This document shows, in pieces, positions 49,906 to 61,809 of a DNA stretch of 64,000 nucleotides. Every line of letters starts with the position of its first letter. Positions within the stretch are counted from its first letter, which is position 1. The DNA is from Negaprion brevirostris (Eukaryota): positions 11,455,374 through 11,519,373 of the forward strand of contig JARDVH010000157.1 in assembly GCA_030324005.1 (NCBI GenBank), given 5' to 3'. The position numbers and the translations under genes were made by a program. The notes beneath the pieces are model-generated. The model searched no databases and was not told the origin of the DNA. It saw nothing but the letters and a program-made list of their open reading frames with translations.

Positions 49906-50459
49906 TGCCTCACAGTGCCAGAGATCCAGGTTTGAATCCTGGCTTGGGTCACTGTCTTTGTGGAGTTTGCACATTCATCAGCATGGGTTTCCTCTGGGCG
50001 CTCTGGTTTCCTCCCACAGTCCAAAGATGTGCAGGTCAGATGAATTGGCCATGATAAATTCTCCCTCAGTGTATCTGAACAAGCGCCAGACTGTGGCAAG
50101 TAGGGAATTGTCACAGTAACTTCATTGCATTGTAATGTAAGCCTACTTTTAACTAATAAATAAATACTGATACTAGCTTTGTAATCTAGATAGACTTAAT
50201 TAACTGAATTTAAATTTCCCAGCTGAACGGATGGGATTTGAATTCATGTCTCTGGATCATTATTCCTGGCTTCTGGAATAAAAATCCAATAACAGAACCA
50301 CCTTGCCACTATGTCTGTCCATCCTTTGGTTACTGATCCGCCTAACAGCAGAAATTGTTTCTTCCTTACTCCTCTTTCAAAACCTCTTACAGTTCTGAAA
50401 ACACAACTAAATCTCTTCTTAATCTTCTTTGAAACAATTGATTCAGAGTTTAAGCAATG

Positions 50460-50840
50460 GAATCGCAGAATGGTTAATGCACAGGAGGCCATTCGGCCCA
50501 TTGTGTCTGCACTGGCAATCCAAAAGAGCAATATAGATAATACCACTCCCAGTCTTCTCCCCATAGCCCTGCACATTCTTATTTTTCAGATAATAATCCA
50601 ATTGTTCAATGCCTCAGTTGAATCTATTCTATACTCCATGCCATTCCTTCTTTTGCTAATTACCTTAAACCTGTGCCTCGTTATCAACGTTTCCATCTGT
50701 GAGAACAATTTTCCCCTATCTGCCGAGACTCCTTGTGATTTTGAATATCTCTAACAAATTTCTTCTCAACTTCCATTTCTCCCAGGAAAACAGTGCCAAT
50801 CTCTCCAATCTATTTATGTTACTGGAGTTTCTCGTCCCCA
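50460..50840 (-). mobile_element. CR1 LINE 3' fragment
   Basis: Tail ACAGGAGGCCATTCGGCCCAT and ORF2 C-terminal remnants. Confidence 0.8.
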
Positions 50841-52288
50841 GATCCATTTTCATGAATAGTTACTCTTCTCTTTTTGGAAATATTTACCTAGGCATATGGA
50901 TATTTAACCATGAGCAAGTACCTGAGTTGCTTGTCTTTTGGCTCTTTAAGTTCCTTAAGGGTATTTATGTTAATACAAACTAGTATGTGACATATTCTCC
51001 CTCATGAAGGCCATCAGGTAATGTAATGCCATATGCTTCACTAACAATGTGCTTGACACATCTTAAAATATTCTGTTAGTAGCATTCTGCTTTCTAAATC
51101 AGGAATGTGTGGGATATAATTCCTTTTCCAGGACAGCGACAGCAATAACATATTTATACAGCATCTTTAATGTAAAATATCCAATGTGCTTCACAAACAT
51201 TGACACCAAATCATACAAGGTGATATTAGAGAAGAGGTAGGTTTCAAGGAGCGTCTTAAAGGGGGAAAAAGAGTGCTCTGGCATTGAAGGGCTTTGGCAA
51301 GATAACTGTAAAGCTTGAGCCTTGACAACTGGAGTTATGGCTACCATTTGTGAACCTGAGCACATAATCTAATTTGATATTTCAATGCTATTGTGGCAGA
51401 TTTCTGAATTGTTAGATGAGGCATAAAACCGAGATCCTATCTGTCTATTTATGTGGATGCATAGGATCTACTGGCATAATGTGAAGAAGAGCATAGAGTT
51501 TGAGTTCAGTTCCTGATGTGTGCTGAGTCAGCCTGTCGACACTTTCTGGGTACTTGTGGAAAAGGGGTGGAGGTACCATAGAACGGCTGGTGCCCACAGA
51601 GCTGGAACGCAGCCTGAGGCCAGCACTCACAAAACAAACGGGAGCATAGAAACAAAACTAACCTACAAATGCTGCTTTGCATCATTCTGAGCTGGATAAA
51701 CACACTGATACAATAGATTTTTTTAAGATGGCTACACGTGCAGGGATTACATCATGGCAAAGACTTGTTGACTAATTTGGCTTACTGAATTCCATGAAAT
51801 GACAGTCCAATTGCTTATACAAATGCCAATCCAAGTATATGAAGGAAATTGCTCACGAGGGATGGAAAATATTGATTTAGTATTATCCTTTGTTAGGGCA
51901 CTCACAAAATGGGATTAACATGTTTATCAATGCTTGCCTGAAGCTTTCCTTGGAAGCTGGCACCAATTCCAAAATTCCATGTCTTGGAGAATTACCCATA
52001 CTGCTCTCTCACAGCTTCTGCTGAAATACTGGCATCATGCCACAGCATGTATTAGTTATACATCCTGAATTACAGCTATAAATTCAAATGGGCATTTTGC
52101 ATTGAAATACATCTGCCGGTTACCTGGCACCAGATACTGAAATGTATGCATAGAAATACAATTACAATGATGAACATATTGTGGACATGTTGGCCACAAA
52201 CCTCCCAACTCCTGATCGTTGGAGACCAAATGTATTTTGGAAGATGCATGTTGGAATTCTGTTGAAATGCTGACATGTGAACATACAT

Positions 52289-52313
52289 GGAAATTTCCTG
52301 TGAAACTGAAACT
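52289..52313. promoter_or_regulatory. Adjacent NF-kB-like site and ISRE
   Basis: GGAAATTTCC (52289-52298) and GAAACTGAAACT (52302-52313, equal to AGTTTCAGTTTC on minus); motif match only. Confidence 0.4.
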
Positions 52314-52769
52314 TTTGGCAAACAATTTCCTGTTGCCTAGGACCCTGTATGAATACCTCTGACCCAAAGCAGCTCAGGGTGCAGTCTTGGCCCAGATATA
52401 TGCAACTTAGCTTGATAGTTACCCAGGAAAGATTGGGTAGTTTAGAAATTGGCCGAACAGCTGGGTAACTCCACTAGTGATGCTTCTCTGCTCACTACCG
52501 AGTCCCTCCCCCCCACGTGACCACCCCGCCCTGACTACCTGATTACACCTGACCATGTGACTAACGCCTCCACCCAACCTGACTAAACCCTCCCTCCAAT
52601 CTGACCACCAATCCCCCATCACCCAACTATTTCCCCAACCAATGACCCACTCACCAAGTTGTCCACTTTTCCAGCCATTTATCCACTTACCCATTCACTC
52701 AACTGCCCAGTTATATGATGGTAGGTAAACAAAGGCAAATATTTAAAGAAATAATTAATAATTCTCAGC

Positions 52770-53120
52770 TAATCCATGTTCAAGAATGAAAAGTCCATTG
52801 GAAGAGCACTACAATCATAGCTAACTAGAGAAGTTAAGATTAGCATTAGATTAGAAGAGGAAACTTATGATTTTGCCAAAAAAGTAGTAAACTTGAACAT
52901 TGGGAGGTTTTAAAAACCAGCAATGGATGATCAAAACGTTGATAAAAAGGTGGAAAATAGAATCTGAGAGTAACATGGTGAGAGGTAGAAAAACAGATTG
53001 CAAGAGATTTAACAAGCATGTAAAAAAAGAGTTTAGAAAAATAAATGTGGGCTCATTAGAGGCAGAAATAGGAGAAATTACAATGGAGAACAAGGGGAAA
53101 TGCGAAAGATGTTAACCAAA
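52770..53120 (+). mobile_element. CR1 LINE fragment between the EN and RT domains
   Basis: KTDCKRFNKHVKKEFRKINVGSLEAEIGEITMEN. Confidence 0.8.
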
Positions 53121-53231
53121 TAATTTGGGAGGATATATTTGGGTGGGGGTGAGGTGTTAATTCATGGAATGCGCGAGAATGTCAAGAAGCCAACTCCAAC
53201 CGACTGCCTTCTTCATTTAACCACAGTTCTT

Positions 53232-53770
53232 AGAATCAACGGCACGGAGACCGGCCCTTTGGCCGAAACTGGTCCATGCCAACCAAAACGTCAATCTAAG
53301 CTAACCCCATTTGGCCCATATCGCTCTAAACGTTTCCTATCCATGTATCTCTCCAAATGCCTTTTAAATGTTGTCAATTTCCCTGCCTCAACCACTCTCT
53401 CCGGCAGCTCATTCCACAAACGTACCACCCTCTGTGTAAAAAAGTTGCTCCTCAGGTTCCCATTAATTTTTTTCTCCTTTTAACTTAAACCTATGCCCTC
53501 TAGTTCACGATTCCTCAACCCTGGGAAAAATTTTGAATGCATTCACGCTACCATGCCTCTCATGATCTTATACACATCTATAAGATCATCCCTCAGTCTG
53601 CTATGCTCCAAAGGAAAAGGTCCTAGCCTGTCCCTTGTCTCTCCCTATAACTCAGTCCCTTGAATCCTGGCAACATCCTTGTAAATCTTTACTGCACTCT
53701 CTCCAATATAACATCAATCCTGTTTGTAAAAACTGAATACAATAATCCAGGTGCAGTTCCTGTACAACTG
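53232..53770 (-). mobile_element. CR1 LINE 3' end
   Basis: Tail GGCCCTTTGGCC; FTQRVVRLWNELPERVVEA on minus. Confidence 0.88.
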
Positions 53771-54269
53771 CAAGTTCCTAAAGCTTCATGAGAGGTGGGT
53801 TGTCAATTTCAATATGTTAATCAATCAGTTGCAGCCATATAAACATCAATTTTGAAAATTAACTGCATGTTTGTGGGGTTTTTGGAGTTCCTGGAACTTA
53901 CCAGGAAAAGCAGGGTGAGAATTCGCACTAATTGAGGGTGCTGAAGACGCGACAGGGAAATATGCAAGCAAGTATTGACATCTCAGTACTTATGTGAAAA
54001 GCTTTGTTTACAGTATTTGGGCTGAGAGGTTACTTTTACAACCTTTAAGGTGCAGTCTACATTTTGGAGGCGTGTACATTAGATCCACACATTGGAGCTT
54101 TGATCCATCAGATCACTGTAAGTGCCACTTTTGCTGTGTTATTTTGGACCTCAGATGAGGGTCAAGATGGCCAGTACTAGCAGCAGCAGGTAATAGAGTG
54201 GCAGGAGCAGCAATAGGTTTTGACCTTTAGTTTCTACAGAGAAGGGATCAGCAGAAAAATGCAGCTCAG

Positions 54270-54945
54270 AAGAATCCACACAGCTTACTGACAGAGATAA
54301 GCTTGCTCACTATGTTGGAACATGGTGCCTCGGAGATTTAGAGTTTTGTGTCTGGATGACAATGGACATTTGTAATTTGTTGGAACAAGATCTGCTGCCA
54401 TACGGACCTGGAGGCCACGTTTCCTTCACCAGTGGTTTGAAAGTTACCACTATCCTCAACCTCTTTGCTTCTGAATCCTCTGCCAGAGATTTTTGTAGAA
54501 TCTCATAGTCAGTAGCCCATAAATAAATAAAACAAGTGAAGGATAGTTTGCTTACCAGGATCAGCAACTACCTCATGATGCTGCCAGTCAGCACAATGAG
54601 CACTAGAATGTGGGTCTCTGGCTGGCTTCCCACACGGCATTGATTGCACATTTGTGGCAATTAAGGCACCTCTCCCTGACCACAGAGGAATAGTTATCAA
54701 ATGTAAAGGCTTGTACTCCATCAATGTACAGCTGATGTGCAAAAATACATTCATGCAGGTGTGCACACACAGTGGCCATGATAGCTTTATCCTGCTGCAT
54801 TTCATCTTCCCCAACCTCTTCATACCCTGAAGCAGACTAAATGACTTGCTGCTTGGATACAATATAATATGTGGCTGATGACACCTGTGAGGAACCCAAC
54901 CAATGAGACCCAAGAGCAATAGAATGAGAGTCATGTGACACCTAG
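54270..54945 (+). pseudogene. PIF/Harbinger (HARBI1-like DDE) transposase remnant
   Basis: DICNLLEQDLLP..LKVTTILNLFAS..CRIS*SVAHK*IKQV; LAGFPHGIDCTFVAIKAP; CKGLYSINVQLMC; HDSFIL; WLMTPVRNPTNE; stops and frameshifts. Confidence 0.9.
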
Positions 54946-54960
54946 ATGCGTCAGTGACCA

Positions 54961-55150
54961 AATAAAACCAGAAACTGCTGGAAAAACTTAGCGGGTCTGA
55001 CGGCATCTCTGGAGAGTGAGGTGGTTGTTAACACTTCAAGTCCAAAATAACTCTTCTTTGGAACTGAAATTCTGAAGAAGAGTCATTTTGGACTTGAAAC
55101 ATTAATTCTGTTTCTTTCTCCACAGATAATGTCAGAACTAAGTAATTCAG
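54961..55150. mobile_element. Palindromic PLE-derived mini-element of a second family, with hammerhead-like motifs
   Basis: TTCAAGTCCAAAATAACTCTTCTT..GAA / TTCTGAAGAAGAGTCATTTTGGACTTGAA inverted arms; plus arm CUGAAGA..AGUC/GACU..GAAA-CA-UU. Confidence 0.8.
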
Positions 55151-55899
55151 GAAACGAATGGCAAACAATTTGATTGTCGATGTTTAATGGACTCATATTA
55201 TTGTCGGTTCTCGAAAGATATTCGGATTCAACGCTCACAAGTGATGGATCCTTTATTGCCTTCTTATCACTAAGGAGAGAACTGGAGAATTCCTAAGGCT
55301 TTTTCAGTCTACTCTGCTCAATTATGTACAGTTAGCCTTTTTTATAGGGCATTTCTTACAACTTCTACTAAAGATAATTGTTTCTGGTGACGCACATAGA
55401 AAATTATTTACATATGATACAAAGAAGTAGGCCCTAGATGAGTTATTTAATCGCATCCCATTGATAATATCATAATCTTTAGTGGCAGGCAGATAGAATG
55501 TCCATTCTAATAATGTTCACTTAATCATGACTTTATTACAGCTTAGGTGCTGTTAGCAAGGACATTCAGCTGTATTCTGTTGATAGATATAGCGAAACAT
55601 CCACCTTTGTCTGTGCTGTGTATTTCATGTATGTGCAGACAGCCAATCTATGGTGGGGTGCTGCTGTTGATGTGATAACTTTCCTGCTCCCCTCGCCAAC
55701 CCCCTGCTGAGCTCAGTCTTCTCTTCCACATGACACCCGTGTGTGTCCTGTTTTTATGGTGACAGAATGGATAAACACCTACACATAAAGAGCAAACAAA
55801 ATATTATCATACATGCTTATTAAGTGTATGGATGTGAATCTTGAAGGTTCTAAGAATAATTTTATCTCTTTTCCTCCTTGTAAGTCCTTTGGGGTTAAG

Positions 55900-56185
55900 G
55901 ATGGTGAGTTCAAAGATGGCCGATGAGTCCAATGTATGATCTGAAGACTTTGCCATATTTGGAGCAGATGGTGCCTGAAGGGTTGGTTAAGTGGGTTGTT
56001 TGAAGGTTAGCGCTCCCTCAGTGCTACGACCTTTGCCTTTGCATGTTCTTGATGAAGTCTCAATGTGGCGCCATCCCAGATGAGCTTTTACCATTTTGGT
56101 CAATGATAAGCCAGGGACTCCCATGAGTCAGTGGGAATGTTTGACTTCTTCATAATGCTTTGAGGACATCCCTAAAGTGCCTCCA
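55900..56185 (-). mobile_element. RTE-clade LINE 3' fragment
   Basis: Minus strand RHFRDVLK..KKSNIPTDSWESLA..KW and ICSKYGKVFRSYIGLIGH (RTE C-terminal motif). Confidence 0.8.
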
Positions 56186-57395
56186 CAGTACAGGAGTGGA
56201 AACTAGTCTTATAACCTGCAGGTAACTACAAGCAGATAATAGAGGGGATTGGGGCTGGCGGGGGGGGGGGAGGGTTTGCGGCGGTGGGGAGGGAAGGAAC
56301 TAATAAGCAAATAGTTGCAACCTGATTAACAAATACATATTTCAGATTTGGCATGGAGGGGAATTAGCAGGAATCTTTTATGAGGTAATTAATGAATAAC
56401 CTACAATCTCTTCTTTCATAAATGTTACTTGCATTTGTTCCGTTGGCTGCATTTGCTTCAGTTGAACAGTTTTAGCTGTTGCTAGGAGTGTGTCCCATGT
56501 CACAACCTGTGGGTACTTCTCTGATACACCTGCACATTTTTTTAAGACCTTGCTTCTTAATGGTTTGCATGGGAAAAATCTATTACTAGAGCATCATTAA
56601 TCTGCTAAGGCAGCCTTTGGCATTTTCTGGATATTCCATTTTATGGGCCTTTGCCTTCTGAGCTCTGGAGACTAGTTGTTTTTCTCTTGATCAGCTTTGC
56701 TTAATTATCAAAACATTTGATGCAGAAAATTGCCACAAACTCCAAGATTCTCCCCTGCGGCAGTCCTCAGAGCCTGTGACTGCACCTTTACAATTCTTCA
56801 GGGGTGGAGGGCATGGGGACGAGGTGGATTGTAATAAGCACAATAGTACGTTTGCCCACCTTTAGCACAGCTCAAGATCCTGAACACAGGTCCCCCCAGG
56901 CAAAGATTTTCTTATTTCGTCTGGAGTTGGTTGGGCTGGCCTTGTCTGTGACTGCTCCCTTTCCCTGACAGTTACTATTATTACAGCCTGGGGAGGGAAT
57001 CATTTACTGAGTTCTGCCACCCAGTGACCCAGCCCATGACCCCAACATGCTCTAAATTTCTTGCTCTGACCATTTTTACACTGCAGCCTCAGAGGACACA
57101 TTGAGAGACACAACAATACCAGGGTCATATTATCAGCAGCAGTAGCTTTTCACCAGTACATTTTTCATATCATTATTTCTCAGTCTCTTTTTTTTTCATT
57201 TAAATGATAAAGGCTGGTAGCGATCAGGGAATAAATTGCCCATGATAAATACACCAGCCTATTTAGGATTTCTGGCTTCTGCAGTTAAGCTTTCTTAAAG
57301 AGATAGTGGTCTTTGTTAGTGGAATGCCCTATCAGTGGGGTTGAAAAAAAGCCAGAGGTATATGGAATATGATGATGTCTTGCAAAAGGAACACA

Positions 57396-58310
57396 GGGCA
57401 GAATTTTCCAGCGTGTTTTGTGGCAGATGGGAGCAGAAAATCCAGAGAGAGATCAAAAATCGAAATCCTGCCAGCGCAAATCCGATCAGAATTGTTCCCT
57501 CACAACTTTCATGGCATGCTGACGGTGGGTTGGGTTGTCTGAAGGGCCATGTCAGAAATGTTTTTTATTTACATTATCATTTTATTAGCACTCATTAAAA
57601 TCAATGCTCATTGGAATCCCGCTTCCCCACGCCACACCACTGGGATATCAGACTGGTCTAATTCACTATCAGATGGTGCTGCTGCCCACTCTCATTTTGC
57701 TCATGACTTTGAGATGAGTGCAAGATTAAAAGCCTACTTGTAACAGGGCCACTTTGGTTTCTCAACAATGCCAGTGTGTCCCCACACTGGTGGGGGTGTA
57801 GGGTTCGTTTCCTAACGATGGATGGCTCCATACTCCAGGAGGGCAGCATTCGGAATGTGCTGTAGGTCTAGGTACTCGGGAACAAAGACCAGCAAGTAAT
57901 GGGGAGACCAATGGTGGGGAACTGGAGCTTGAAATGGAAAACTAGAATGCAGGCACAGAAGGGTGCGGATGGGAATTAAACCGCATGGGAATAATTTTCC
58001 ACTCTGTGCACAGAGTGCTGGCTGTGACAAGAAAACTGGTGTGTATCTCTCCAGCTGCACAGCTGAGTTTTCTCTCCAGATTCTCTGGCACTCTGCACAG
58101 AAAATCTGGGGGTGTCATTTTCGCCATCAGGTTGGAGGGTCTGGTCTCATAGAGCCAGTACTGCCAGCTCCACAGAGATTGAAGTGTCCTTTATAAAGGA
58201 CGCTCTGATCCTCATTAAAACAAGTTAAAACATTAAAACAGGTAATATCGGAAAACAAGATCTCGCGGGCGAGAATCTCGTTTTCTGACCCTTGCAATAT
58301 TTTGGGCCTT
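57396..58310. mobile_element. Degenerate Harbinger-like MITE(s)
   Basis: Begins GGGCAGAATTTTCC; partial inverted similarity near 58065-58110; internal palindrome at 58250-58288. Confidence 0.5.
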
Positions 58311-59413
58311 TGTTTCCGTTTTTCCACTTAAAGCGAACATGGGATAAAATTGCTCCCTGTGACTGGGAGGGGGTGCATGCAGACTCCAGAATATGGGGGG
58401 AGTTGTGTTAGTGTGGCACACAAGAGATGGGTTGCACAGAGATCCTTGGGCTAAGGAAGAGAAAAGGCTTGCACATGAGGGATGCAGGGTCAAGGCAGAG
58501 ATTGGTGTAATTGGTCATGAAGGAACAGACAAACAGTCATAGCCCTTGGGCTGGGACCAAGAAGTCACACTGATAGATTAAAGGCAGTCCTGGACCTTTG
58601 CGGGTCACACTACAGGGCTATGCATGGTACACATATTGTAGTCCTGCTCCAGGATGAGACAAGGTCTGTGTGCTCAATTTGGGATAAGGCATAGCTTAGT
58701 GTGGGGGTGGATGAGTGTGTAGGGGGTGTGGGGGAAGGTGTGGTGGTCATGTTCATTGTCTTACAGTCAGTGGTGATGTGGTTGTTTGGCTCGGTACTGG
58801 TCTGTCCCGGACAGCCAGTAAATCAGAAAAATATAATAAAAAGGGCGGTGTTCAAAGCTCTCTTAGGATGGTTCTCTATATGTGGCCATGCACATAGCCT
58901 CATGGGAGAGGTGAGGTCTAAATGGGGCATTGGGACAATGACAGCGATGGGTTCGGGGATCTACCTGCACGGGTTCCAAGAAGGTTGGAGGGACCAAACA
59001 CTGAAAATGGAAAGGGTTGAAGCTGGTGTCAAAGTTAAAATGCAGCTCCGCCATCTTGAAATCCCAATTAATGTGCAATTTAAAATCAAAACTCGAAAAG
59101 AATCTGTGTAAGTCTGAGTCATTATGGAAGAGCCCATGGGCCCTTTTAGGGAGTACTCTCAAACTGTTTAGAGTCACAACATTCAAATTGAATCAGAGCT
59201 AAGAGAAAAGAGGAAGACTTCCCCGAATAGGTGCAATTGTAGGTATTGTCTTTTAGTTTGCTTTAACGAGAGACTGCAGCAGTCACTAGCTTTTCAATAC
59301 AGTTGTTCCATTTGAGCATTGACAGAGAGGTACGTGAGAATGGAAATTGCAGACATCCATTTCGGAAGCACAGCTACTATACATCTGTCAGGTCATCAAT
59401 AAAAGCTTTTAAT

Positions 59414-59833
59414 GGATGGCATAGTGGCACAGTGATTAGCACTGCTGCCTCACAGTGCCAGGGACCCAGGTTCAATTCCTGGCTTGGTCACTTTCTGAGT
59501 GGAGTTTACACGTTCTCCCATGTCTGCGTGGGTTTCCTCCAGATGCTCCGGTTTCCTCCCATAGTCCAAAGATGTGCAGGTTAGGTGCATTAGCCATGCA
59601 AAATTGCCCCTTAATGTCTGTGATGTGTAGATTAGAGAGATTGGTGGGATAGGGCCAGGGGTGGGATTGTTGTCAGTACAGACTTGATGGACTGAAGATA
59701 GGGCCTCTCTTTCAGGAGGAGGTGTCTGGGGTCAAATTCAATCTTGTGGAGTTCCTTTTCCCATGTAGAGAATGTGAAGACCCCTCTCTCCAGCAGGCCT
59801 CCTTCTGCACTGTGGGGTTTCTATGGTCTATGA
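59414..59833 (+). mobile_element. HE1-like V-SINE with CR1 tail and an insert in the tail
   Basis: Head and V-domain; tail resumes GGCCTCCTTCTGCACTGT. Confidence 0.88.
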
Positions 59834-60175
59834 TGTACCAATGGGCATCCAGTCATTGCTGTAGTATAATTTGAAGTTAATCAACATATCAGATCCAGCA
59901 GGATCTGCTGGATCAAGGTCTCAAAGGCGGCCACCACCCTTTCCATGGAGACCCTGAGCTGCTCACATGTCAAAACCAATGACATCAGATAAAACATGAA
60001 CAGATTCCTCCATCCTTCACTCTAGTCTGTTGACTGTCTCTCGCATCCCTGCCTGATTTTCCACTACGTCACATTGTATTTCAAGTATGTTAGAGATGGC
60101 CACCTCCAGAGACTCCTTATTTAACTCAAACTCAGTCATGTTTCATCCCCAGTAATACATTGAGTGCCAGTGCTA

Positions 60176-60581
60176 AAAAGATTGTGAATGTAGCACAATC
60201 CATCACGCAAACTAGCTTCCCATTCATTGACTATCTACGATTCCAGCTGCCTCGGCAAAGCAGCCAGCATAATTAAGGACCCCACACACCCCAAACATTC
60301 TCCCTTCCACCTTCTTCCATCAGGAAAAAGATACAAAAGTCTGAGGTCACATACCAACCAATTCAAGGACAGCTTCTTCCCTGCTGCTGTCAGACTTTTG
60401 AATGGATTTCCTCTGCATTAAATTGATCTTTCTCTACACCCTAGCTCTGACTGTAACACTACATTCTGCACGCTCTCGTTTCCCTCTCTATGAATGATAT
60501 GCTTTGTCTGTATAGCGCGCAAGAAACAGTACTTTTCACTGTACGTTAATATGTGACAATAATAAATCAAATCAAATCAAA
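60176..60581 (+). mobile_element. Rex1/Babar-clade LINE 3' end
   Basis: CLGKAASIIKDPTHPKHSPFHLLPSGKRYKSLRSHTNQFKDSFFPAAVRLLN; (TCAAA)n tail. Confidence 0.92.
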
Positions 60582-60689
60582 GAGATGTGGACTGTCAATG
60601 CCTCTGACTGCTGAGGAGACATGTCAGTGAGGTGTTCCCCAGAATGTGACCCCAAGCCCAATCTAGTTTCATGACCCACTGGGACATAT

Positions 60690-61809
60690 ATCTCTGTGCA
60701 GTTGGGGGGGTGCAGGTTTCAGACAATGGGACAGCATTTACCAGTGAGGAGTTCCAGCATTTCATGTCATCAATGGCATTAAGCACATACATATCACATT
60801 GTATCCCCTCCCCGAATGGCTGTGCAAACCTTCAAAGCAGCCATGAAAAAACAATCTCCAGCATCCCAACAGCCCAAATTAGTGCATTTTCTTCTGACCT
60901 ATAGAACAATGTCCTACATGCCCACTCTGAGCAACTCCTGCCAAGTTGCTGATGGATAGGTGTGCTTGAACCAGGTTGGACCTAATGTTTCCAAATATGA
61001 TGGAGAGGGTCGAGGCAAAGAAGTGTGTGAAAAAGAAACAACAAGATTCCACAAAGCCTGGAAGAACATTCAAAGTGGATGGTCTGTTAAAAACTTTGGG
61101 ACAGGTCAGAGTTGGGTCCCCAAGTGTTGTCAAGACCAGGATGGGCCTGGTATCATATGAAGTAAAGTTCAAGGTAAAAGAATGAAGAAACATCTAGATT
61201 ATCATTTGAGAAGAATGAAGTCCTACAAAGAACCATTCCGAATGTGCCCGCCAGTGACGTTATTATGGTTGAAATCAGTATGGAAACAAGCCTGCCTGAG
61301 GAAGAGTCATGTAGTGTTCCGATGGGAGCTGGACAAGTGATCAGCACAGATGCACTTTAATAAATTGGAAGTCCGATTTCTCAGAGCAAAACCAAATCTA
61401 TCCCTTCTGATGAAACAGTTCCTGTTGACCTGCATTGCTCCAAGAGGGATTGGAAATCCCCTGGTAGAGTGACTTTATAATGGACTGTGCTTAAGAATTC
61501 ATATTGTATCATGTTATATTATAAATAATTTTAACTTTTGATGATATGAGTTAATAAGGGACTTAAAAGGGGGAGGGATGGAGTAACGAGCTCTGTTAAG
61601 AATGGGGTTTTAGAGGGCTATGTGGCCCATTCAACCAATCAGGCTGAAGCTCACGAATCCTGGGGCTGAACAAGGACTCTCCCAGGCAGTCTAGGGATCA
61701 GAGTTGTCGTAATTGGTAGCTACTCACTCTATGTTCATAGTTTTTACTGTCAATAGATAGTTCTTCTGTTACTCCACTTTGTGGTCACCACTCCATCCAA
61801 GATATTACA
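60690..61809 (+). mobile_element. Gypsy LTR retrotransposon remnant: integrase, PPT and 3' LTR (61579-61809)
   Basis: VSDNGTAFTSEEFQHF, NGIKHI, TPAKLLM integrase motifs; PPT AAAAGGGGGAGGGA directly before the TG...ATTACA LTR. Confidence 0.88.

Larger units (their letters stand above)
48000..50310. mobile_element. Nested complex: old minus-strand SINE (48000-48191, 50165-50310) > alternative-tail V-SINE (48192-48240, 49906-50164) > PLE
   Basis: Each host sequence resumes after its insert; TACTG flanks the V-SINE and a 16-bp TSD flanks the PLE. Confidence 0.85.
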
